This document shows positions 54,601 through 64,000 of a stretch of 64,000 nt of DNA, in pieces (the first letter of the stretch is position 1; every line of letters begins with the position of its first letter). A program made the translations under genes and the position numbers. Under the pieces are notes generated by a model. That model made no database searches and was not told where the DNA came from. It was given only the letters and a program-made list of their open reading frames with translations. Source of the stretch: Bugula neritina (lineage: Eukaryota; Animalia; Bryozoa); contig OZ037773.1 in NCBI GenBank assembly GCA_964035545.1, positions 9,825,751 to 9,889,750 on the forward strand. Reading direction: 5' to 3'.

Positions 54601-55564
54601 GAAAATAAATATTTTTAGAGTGTCATTTTTCACATTTGTAACTATGGTAACTATGTTAGTTGAACTATGAGCTTGATCACAGTTTCTAACTAAAGTCAAG
54701 GTTATATCAAGCTACCCGTGATGCACTATTGTGATTACCTGTTGCTATGACAACTATTTTCAGGCCAGCTCCAGACTCGACCTTGACATTTGAGGAGATA
54801 AAAAAGTTTTCTGTTGAAAAGGTGACATTTTAAGCTATTAAATATAGAAAAGTTTGTGCGCGAAATTTTCGGCAGATTTAGTTACTTGAATGAAAATCAA
54901 TTAACAAAGTTTCTTTGTTGATTTTTTTTTAAATTAGTGTTGACAATTGGTGCCAAGCATAAACACTGTTGCATTTTAAAATTGTTTCACTGATTGATTT
55001 TATTTAGCAAGTTTTATATAATTTTATACATAAACTGTTAAACTTTAGCCCATATATTTACTTAATGTTTTGCAATTTGCTAACTGTAATCAGTTATGCT
55101 AAGTTTTAATCTCGTGTCAATTTCTCTGTAATAATGTCACATACACACTTTTATATTTTCTTGTAAAGTAATCAATTAATTTCTATGTTAATTTAGATGT
55201 ACAACTCCCAGGAATGGCCAACTAGAATATTCTTTTATTCGTATGATGACATGCCAAAAACAGCTGGATCACGCCCGAAGGTAGTCTTTCATTCTATGAG
55301 AAGGACTAATACTGGAGAATTATGTTGTGAATAAATCAGTTTATTTGTTTGATACAGACAAGGTTTTTAAATGAGAGAAGAAATAGCTTACCTTCAGTCT
55401 CAGAGTTGTTCACTATATCATTGAGTACTTGAGTATATACTTGCTTTAGTAGCATTTACATAACGCAGCTGTTTGTGGTGTTGCAGGTTCACCGAAAAGC
55501 AATGACTGAGATGATAGCTAAGAGAGTGCAAGCTGACCCCGCGGATGGTGCCACCAACTTGTGA
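40468..55564 (+). CDS. ANL-superfamily AMP-binding enzyme (acyl-CoA synthetase ACSF2-like/luciferase-like), 590 aa; exons 40468-40662, 41006-41137, 48372-48425, 48855-49027, 49550-49667, 50394-50483, 51799-51968, 52532-52697, 52899-53006, 53145-53293, 53936-54083, 54462-54511, 54764-54821, 55197-55280, 55487-55564
   Basis: 1773-nt spliced ORF with [15 protein letters not shown]-loop CSSGSTGEPK, GYGGTE, TVGKP, GELYVKG, GWYKTGD, DGYL..GR and PKTAGSRPK. Confidence 0.85.
41756..42101. mobile_element. MITE, 346 bp, ~70-bp TIRs
   Basis: AGCCTAGGGCCACAC...GTGTGGCCCTAGGCT flanked by TA; each TIR contains the palindrome ATTTTCGCATGCGAAAAT. Confidence 0.85.
43502..43958. mobile_element. MITE (PIF/Harbinger-like termini), ~460 bp
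   Basis: TIRs GGGGCCATCCATAAATTATGTCAC / GTGACATAATTTCTGGATGGCCCC with subterminal C-rich TGTCAC repeats. Confidence 0.8.
44091..44803 (+). repeat. Tandem duplication of ~350 bp of the Academ terminus (44091-44436 / 44437-44803)
   Basis: Two near-identical copies, each starting TAGTCTAGAAGTAACCTCCCAAAAAGTGCTC. Confidence 0.92.
44091..47629 (-). mobile_element. Degenerate Academ (AcademX-type) DNA transposon, 3539 bp
   Basis: 19-bp TIR TAGTCTAGAAGTAACCTCC at both ends with 3-bp TSD TAT. Minus-strand fragments include [22 protein letters not shown] (XPG/H3TH-like), [22 protein letters not shown] and a C-terminal Cys cluster (TDVCQCKDC). Confidence 0.75.
47722..47885. mobile_element. Small MITE, 164 bp, CACTG termini (CMC/EnSpm-like)
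   Basis: 14-bp TIR CACTGCGTTTCCAT / ATGGAAACGCAGTG with 3-bp TSD TAT. Confidence 0.75.
48100..48255 (-). mobile_element. Probable tRNA-derived SINE fragment (boundaries approximate)
   Basis: Reverse complement ctgTGGTCTAGGGGTTagagggtaggcttggtaaacatgaggtcatgGGTTTGACCCC shows A and B boxes. Confidence 0.5.
50661..51742. repeat. Compound, degenerate (CA)n/(CACG)n microsatellite, ~1.1 kb
   Basis: Directly visible; intronic in the ANL gene. Confidence 0.97.
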
Positions 55565-56734
55565 ATGTCTATTAATTTACTTTGTCTGTGACAAAATTGA
55601 ATTTATGCTATTTTCTGGTTTTAATATAATTATAAATTTAAATAATATTAGCGCATTTGATTTAATATTGACAAATAAGATATATTTAACTTTATTGATT
55701 TATGGTAGTTTATCATTTTGTTTCTAACTCATGCAATGTATATACACCAAAAATTGTTTATCTTTCAGGTTATTTTGACTTCTTTGACAGGAAATGTGAC
55801 GGGCTCATTTTTTGCATAATTTTATGATTTAGCTATATATTTATATAAATCATTCAGTGTGTAATTCATGCATTATGAAAAAATATATTATGTACTCTTT
55901 TAATTAAATGACACATCCAACATGTTGAACAAAAACATACCAAATAAACACATGCTGTAAATATTATGTAATCAAAGATTGTATATATGCTTATGCTTAA
56001 TATAATCTCACAAATGAGTAGAGTAAACGGGAGTTGCCAGTCTTTGAAAATTTCATTTTATAAAAGAAAAGACAACTCCTGTTGCAAAACTGCAACTATA
56101 TAAAGAGAAAACAACTCCTTACTGAAAAAATACAATAGATGCAATGTTATAATATATATATGACACTAAAATATAACCAGTGCATATATCCAAAAGACAT
56201 ATTAATATTTTTAGATGTTCATTTGACTCTCATGCTAAGTTATATAATATATAATGCTGCATAGAATACCCTCACATACATGCACATCAATCTATCTAAA
56301 TTGAAGTGAGTAATGTAGGTGTACATATAGTTATAGTGGCTGTGGTTTATAAATGATAAATATAAGACAAAAGAACAAAGGACTGCTCAAGCTGGCATTA
56401 AAACAAAAAGTTGTATGCCATGTTCAATAATGTTTACATTATTTGAATTTCAAAATACTATTTTCTTCAAATAACTTTGTTTAAGTTGATAAACAGCTAC
56501 CAGCATGCTAAATTTCATTATTGCTTTCTGTTTATTTATATAATTATTTATACATCCAGTCACTATAGGCTCCTGGTTTGTTTCCTTATTTCGGTGTTTA
56601 GCATCGTGTCAACCAGCACGTCTTTTCACCCAGCAGGTTATACTGTGCATGCTTTACCCCGTTGTGAAAGAATTTAGTAGTAGCAGGCTTCTACACCAGT
56701 TCACCAAACTTAAAGAACGTGAATACTTCGACGC

Positions 56735-57160
56735 AGACCAGACCATATCAAATCTTACTAGACCATATCAAACCAGACTAGTCCATATCAAACCAGACCA
56801 GACCATATCAAACCAGACCAGACCACATGCATCAAATCAGACCAGACCATATCAAACCTTACTAGACCATAGTATACCAGACCAGACCATATCAAACCTT
56901 ACTAGATCATAGTATACCAGACCAGACCATATCAAACCTTACTAGACCATATCAAACCAGACTAGTCCATATCAAACCAGACCAGACCATATCAAACCAG
57001 ACCAGACCACATGCATCAAATCAGACCAGACCATATCAAACCTTACTAGATCATAGTATACCAGACCAGACCATATCAAACCAGACTAGACCATAGTAGA
57101 CGAGACCATACCAGACCAGAAAGATCATAATAGTCTAGACTATGTTAGACTAACCCAGGC
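56735..57160. repeat. Minisatellite built from ~20-bp units (agaccagaccatatcaaacc) with higher-order repetition
   Basis: Directly visible; a ~180-bp block (about 56735-56915) recurs from about 56920. Confidence 0.9.
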
Positions 57161-60100
57161 CCTATTACTAGACCATGGGGAAAATATATTATAGATTTCG
57201 TGGATGGTTGCTCCTGCATTCAATTATGAAAATATAAGATAGAACAATTTTTTATTGCATTAGAATCTATAACCTTTAGTGATAGTGCGTCTTTTTCTTA
57301 TTAGTGTGAATCTACACAGAGGAACACGGTAAAGAATTAGTGAAAGGAGACCTTATATCTTGTTTCCTTGCTTGTTTCTTTGTTTGTTGATTTTATTATC
57401 ATGGTATTTAGCAAAACAGTATAAATGCAAGGGAAGTAATGCATGATGCAACCCAATGCACTATATATATAGTCATGCACAGGCAGACACAAACTGATGA
57501 CTCTCTGTCAAATAGATATACAATCCACAACGCCTACTTTAACAGGCTAGCCTTAGCATTTTCCTAAATTTAAAAGAGCCAGTTATTGATTGTGGAAAGA
57601 TTGGCAGTTCATTCCACAGAGCCCAAATTTCTCCTTTGACTTAAGATCATTTATTAAAGTTAAAGAAGTTGTCAATGCACCAAAAGCTACTTCCTGTTCA
57701 GCTAAGCACTCGATCAGACTCTACAAACTCATTCTTTCCAAAAATCCCCCATTGCCTCATTGAAAACCAACTAAATCATACAAAATCATTTTCAACTTCA
57801 TTTATATTGCAACACCAATATGAAACACAATATGCACCACTATAGTTCCTATATTATGTCATACAAGGAATTCTTTTTAGGAATGAAGATAGTTTGCCCT
57901 TCTAGTGTTACAACAGCATGAATAAAATAAAGCTCAATGAATTATCTCAACTTATTTAAGTTAAGCACACAGGTGCAATCTTTTCAGAATACAAATAAAA
58001 TACTCATCTCCATTCATATACTGAAATGATGATTGCATCTCAAAAGAGATTGGTTTGAGCTGCTACAATAGTTTTACTTCCTCTACGCCTTGTTTAATAT
58101 TTGATGAAATGCAAATTTACACAATGCAGCATTAGTAGCTCTGCTACTACTTATAAAAGTTTGATGAATTGAACTATCAGTGTGGGATGTGACTGAGTTA
58201 TTGTACTGAGTTGGGGCAGGGATTGTGGAGCACTGAATAAGAGTAGTGTCACTTCTTCAACTATAACATCTCATATACACTGTAAGTATGTGTTTAACCA
58301 AGTAAACTGTTTGTATAATAATGTTTTCAGTAAGTCTTTGTTTAATATAGACTATACAATTTTACTGGATGTGCTAACGATGTGCAGCTATGGTGTCCAA
58401 GTTTTATATCTTTCTGCTTTTGTTTTGCAACCAACTTATTCCCTGAAGAAAACATCATCTTTGAATAAACAGGATAAAATATTAGATTCTAAAGCCATAA
58501 ACTCTGCTCACGTTTTCAAATAAACTCAAAATATTATTATTTTTCCAGTAAAACAGGAACTACATGCATAATACAAATCAATTGTAGCTTTTTTACTGAT
58601 TCTAATCAACCATTATACCCAGTGGATTGCAGAACAACATGTGAGGGTTACAAGTTGAGACGTGTTTTAATACAAAGTTGTTTGACATCCATTCACACGT
58701 CAGTGTAACCAGAGAATTGTCAGTGTAACTCAATACACTCTACTCACAGCTTCATCCTGTGCATTCAATAGCAGAACTTAATATGAGAGCATATCATGCA
58801 ATAGATAGCACGTATTGATTTACCCATTTGGATAAACTTATCACACAGCAAAACAAACTTTATTTGTAGCGCTAAGAGCTACTTGTGTTCAAACAGGAAA
58901 GTGACAGCTAAGTTATACAAGTCTGGTTATAGATTATCTGGAAAAGGTTGAGTTTAAATTGGAGAATATTATATAAGGCTTCCAGGTAAGTGCATTGTGT
59001 TGAGTTGAAGATTAACATCAAATGCTCGATATGATTGATTTATGGTAAAAGAATTACATAAGGTTATAAAATGTTTCCGGTTAGAATTGTATTTGAAAAG
59101 CGGGTGAGATTGAAGTAATATTGGTAATATTTGTTGTAATACTATTCATAACAAATACAGACATGAAATACTTAGTATAGGTTCCTAGCAAAATCAGTGT
59201 TGATGTTTTTGCAGATTCAGATTTTGCACTATCGATCTTTTAGCTGCAAGCAGAAATTTTGACTTGCTTATATATACTGCCTCAAGCTTCTGAAAAATAC
59301 ATAGGAAAGTTGACACATGTTCATTTCAAATACATATATTTATGTATATGAAGATAAACAAGTGAAGGGATGCGTGTAAACTTGAGCAAATACATAAATC
59401 TTCATGTCAATACTCGTTCTTTGTTATATACCTAATAATTTATTCACTGTCAACCCTATAGCTTTCAAAATGTAGTGAAAAGTGCACCATCTTCTTTTTC
59501 ATTCGCAAATTTGCCAAGCTGTAAGAAAATTATTCATTATAGATTTAAAGATTTTTACATAAAGTTTTAAAGGCAGAATTTGTATATTACATTTTAAAGA
59601 CGGATTAATTATATAAGAGATAATTACTATGAAAACATTTATACTGCTACCAAAGTCTAGTACTCTCTTATTTATAGTGAATAATCGCCTCTTCAATTAG
59701 ACTAAGAATTGCTGTTATATATACTACAACACGGCTTATTGTTACTAAAAGCAGACAACATAATGTAGAAGTGTAGACGTGTGTATTATAACAGCAGGCT
59801 ATTTTAGGGCCTCATAAAGTAATAAAATAAGATTTCATCTAGCTACCAGCTCTTATTAAAAAATAAGGTGATTGTTTCATGTCAATTGAGAAGTTATGAA
59901 ATAAGCAGAATTCATAATATAACATAAAACACAGTCAAGATCTCTTTAAAGTATAGTAAGCAGTTTGCAACGGATTTAACTGCTGCTTTTATAGTCAGCT
60001 TTAAAGTTTTTCTAAACTTTAATTAAACTGCTTTAAATAATGGAATCAAAGTCATTGCTAATTTTAATTACATATTAAACCTCTCAAGAGATATGAACTT

Positions 60101-61461
60101 TTTTAGGTTTAATTTATTATATTGGCATAGGATGTAAGCGTTAGTTATTCAGAGGTGAGTTTATATGTGGAATATACAGGTATGGCTTCTTCTTTGGTCT
60201 AGTTTTGATGTAAAGGTAGTTAATTACTGATTGGTAGTTTAATTGGAAATCAATAACATACTTTAATGTTTCAGACAATCATACGTCTATTTTTAGTGAA
60301 ATTAACATCTGTTATAGGTATAAAATATTGCCGTACTAGTTATTCGTTAGCCTGGATTGCTCCAGTAGAGTAGTGAGTAGAAAATATTATTTTTTAATTT
60401 AATTATTACTTTAAATATACAGACATACGTGTATATTTTGAGTGCTTAGAAATGTTGTGTAACAATTGTTAAAGCTCAGCAATGCTATAACTGATTTACA
60501 TATTTTGATCAGAAAATGCTAAATTTTATTGAAATCCTTTTTGAAATTTCACAACATAGTTTTTCAACTTGAAATTTAATATTTCTGCAAGCATAAATTA
60601 GTCGGAAGAACTGTGCAAATGTTTATGATAATTTTTTTTATTTTTTAGTCTACAATACTATATACAGTTAATTTCAGCAAATATATAATTATTATTTATA
60701 TTTTTAAAATAAAATATAAAGCAGCTTTGTTTTCTACAATTAATTTGATTGATTGTTTCATAGACACATGACTAAATATGATATTTATAGACGAAGCATC
60801 ATTAAATATATTGATGCAATATACAGTGTATTCTAAAATATAAAGCTCCCTGCTAGAGTAATTATAAGTCTGGACTAATTACTTTGCATTAAAATAAAAA
60901 ATGCTCTATGCATACAGCTTTAGCAAATTTTTGTGTAATTTCGTTCAAAAGAGTTATTCATATTATATTAAAAATTGGACTATTTAAATTAAGATTCATC
61001 AAATAAAATGTTTAATGCATTTATCAAAAAAATATGTAAGCTGTATTTTGAATTAATGTAAATAGCTATATGCATGCCTACCAATGAAAAGCTATCAATT
61101 TATGATTTTATATTTCTCTAAATCTAAATAGTTTGTCGAAATTGTTTTTGTTGTAATTGTGCATTTCATATTTTGATCAAATGTTTTTAGTTTTGTCAAA
61201 ACTTTTATATAAGTAAATTTGGATAAATCAAGTTGTAAGCATTAAGGTAGATGATTTCTGCGCTAATTTTAGGTTACATTGCTATTGACCTTAGCAGCAG
61301 TTGCAACTTTTCAATAAACACGCTAATGTTACTTAAAAGCAAATTCCAACATTTTTACTGTGCATATTGACATGAATCAAAGCTATTTCCACATTAATTT
61401 AATTGTCTTCTTTATTTTTAGTACATCAAGTAGAAGTGAGTGGCTGAGAACTGCTTCTAAG

Positions 61462-62460
61462 ATGGCTTTAGAGATAGAGTCTGGCACATCATTGTTTGAC
61501 TACAGCACCACCACATCATTGTTTGACTACGATAAGCTGTATGAAACTGAAGATCTGTTATACCAAACCGTAGGCACAATCACCTTATTCATCGGTACGG
61601 TAGGGCACATCCTTTCCATCATCACAGTAATGTTGACCAAGCCAATGAGAACCCAGTCTACGTCTATTTACATCGTCGCCATGTCATTGGCCGGCTTAGC
61701 AACTCTGTATACCGGTCTTCTGCGATCCGTCATTCTGGTATTCAGCAACTGGGAGATTGAGATTCGCTCAATGTCGCAAGTTTCCTGTAAACTTCATACT
61801 ATGGTAACATACCTATCTCTCCAGTACTTTGCCTGGATCCAGGCCACCATTGCAGTTGATAGGTTCATCGCGGTCTGGTTCCCTATCAAATACAAGACAA
61901 CGTGTAGCTGGAAACTCGGTCTACTGGTGGTTGTGATAGAGCTAGTCGCAGCTACTGCACTAAACAGCCTTGTGTATGTTGGTAAGGGCATAACAGACTC
62001 AGGGCATTGTGGGGAGCTGAAAGAAAAGCTGATTGCAGATTATTTCTACGTGGATCTTTTCAGTTTTTCTCTTGTGCCAGCAATAATTATTATAATATGT
62101 AACAGTTTACTGCTCTACAGACTTTCAAGGACAACTAAGGTCGCGGGATCCAAGGACAAGCGGCTACGTGCTCTGACGGTTATGTTGACAGTAGTTAATG
62201 TTGAGTTTGTTGTGACCACTCTGCCTGTCTCCATTTACTATTTAGTCCATCAGAATTTCGACAGCGTGAAAAATAATGACAGGGTCACGATTGTAGGGGC
62301 TGCCTGTTTCCTCTTGTTGCAGTATTTTGGAACTGCCGTTACATTTTTCCTTTACTGCCTTACTGGTACTCAGTTTAGAGAAAGTCTGAAGCAGGTTTTC
62401 AGTGTATGCGTCCCTTCAGGTCAGCTTAGTCGCTTTGGTACTGAGTCTACAGTTATGTAG
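61462..62460 (+). CDS. Class A (rhodopsin-like) GPCR, 332 aa, single coding exon; FMRFamide-receptor/GPR139-142-like orphan group
   Basis: Seven hydrophobic segments, CKLH (C3.25), DRFIAVWFP, SLVP (TM5), VTTLP (TM6) and FFLYCLTGTQFR (TM7/H8). A splice acceptor at 61416-61421 precedes the ATG at 61462. Confidence 0.9.
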   Translation: MALEIESGTSLFDYSTTTSLFDYDKLYETEDLLYQTVGTITLFIGTVGHILSIITVMLTKPMRTQSTSIYIVAMSLAGLATLYTGLLRSVILVFSNWEIEIRSMSQVSCKLHTMVTYLSLQYFAWIQATIAVDRFIAVWFPIKYKTTCSWKLGLLVVVIELVAATALNSLVYVGKGITDSGHCGELKEKLIADYFYVDLFSFSLVPAIIIIICNSLLLYRLSRTTKVAGSKDKRLRALTVMLTVVNVEFVVTTLPVSIYYLVHQNFDSVKNNDRVTIVGAACFLLLQYFGTAVTFFLYCLTGTQFRESLKQVFSVCVPSGQLSRFGTESTVM

Positions 62461-63683
62461 GTCAAAGTTCTGATATAAACTCGCAACAGCAATCTCGTTT
62501 ATTGTAATTACTTATAGTGTTAGACAAAGAGATGGGTTTCACTTGCATATTTACTACATGTACATATGTATGTGTATGTCTAAATATCTTGTGTTTATAA
62601 ACAAAATTTGTAGTACATATAATAAATCAAACTGAATCAGTATGAGATATAGTATAGAATTTGCTGTTTTGTAGCTATAAAAAGTTTTAAGATGCAGGGA
62701 ATTTATTTCAACTACCATCACATTACTTGAATATAATAATCACTGAATTATTAAATAATTTGTTTTATATTTTCAAAAGCTTTTATCAAAGTATTTTTTA
62801 CTGTCTTTTCTTTTTATTTGTACGTGTAACCACTTCTTATAGAGAGATATTTTATTTTTGTTGTTTCTTTGTTCTTTGATATTTTGTTACATATTTTCAA
62901 AATAAAATTATAATCATCTCACTGCTCAAATGTTCATTCAAGCATTCAGCCACACTTTTATAACCTGTATTGTTTATATAGTGTGTTAGGCTAGACTGCA
63001 CAAATTCCACATATTTACTATCAGTTTGTTGCTTGAATTAGCAGTTTATAACATAGCAGAAAATTTGCTACTATTAGTTTCATTATCATTTATTTAAAAG
63101 CATAATTCACGTAAGTCATCAATATGAGAATAATCATTACAAAGCAAAACTTCAAAATAAAATAGTTTTTTAAACTCAAATAAAAAATCAAAAAAATCAC
63201 TTATTCCCTTTGGTTTAATTCCTTTTGAACTTTTCACCAAAATATTCCTCAAATATATAAACTAACAAAATAAATTCGATTGCAATAAACATTCACCTTT
63301 AAATCATAACCAATAGCGCTGTTTTATTTTTGGTATATATTGATTAAAGCTGCTGTTTTAAATTGGTTTTGAAGTGTCATGCTAGTTTAGGCATGTCCCT
63401 GAATCACAAGGGAGTAAAATACTTTCATATATTCAAAATAACAAAACTCTTGAGCACTTAATGTGGATGAATTACTTGTATTGATTTTTAAACTACATAG
63501 CCTACTCAGAAAGATCTGTTTATGAGCGATAAAGTAAACATATCCTTATAAACTTTTGGTTGCATGTAACTTCAAAATATTTTCATGACACTCGGGAATT
63601 CATATCATAGCTCTAATTATTTACAAAATATTAGTTTGTTGAAAACAGTGAAGAGAAAATATTACTAATTGGGTTAGAACAAC

Positions 63684-64000
<317 letters not shown>

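Noticed and set aside
55553-55564. Peroxisomal PTS1 / firefly-type luciferase call
   Set aside because: C-terminal TNL is not a canonical PTS1 and nothing specific supports luciferase activity.
61360-61461. N-terminal extension of the GPCR ORF
   Set aside because: Starts at GTG and crosses a polypyrimidine tract and AG acceptor; ATG 61462 is the more plausible start.

Overview
AT-rich, intron-dense animal (invertebrate; lophotrochozoan-like by gene content, not provable here) genomic DNA, not prokaryotic. Splicing by eye gives six intact genes: a divergent Fringe-family GT31 glycosyltransferase (+, 10 exons, 349 aa), a tiny secreted two-TSP1-repeat protein (-), two full-length 14-exon DEG/ENaC channel genes (568 aa each), a divergent ANL-superfamily acyl-CoA-synthetase-like gene (+, 15 exons, 590 aa) and a single-coding-exon class A GPCR lacking the canonical Na+-pocket residues. 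There is also a 5'-less Sushi/CCP gene with a Tc1 transposon in its intron. The main structure is a ~23 kb inverted duplication (arms ~16.36-26.68 kb and ~28.13-39.60 kb) that places the two channel paralogues tail-to-tail. Their TM/pore exons are nearly identical, while finger and thumb exons show dense amino-acid replacement, with an identical tract over an RKKR furin site. Relics of further channel copies lie upstream. Mobile DNA includes Tc1, an AcademX-type element, Gypsy remnants and LTR-like inserts, three MITEs and SINE-like heads. All exon models and counts were made by hand and need RNA-seq and alignment confirmation.
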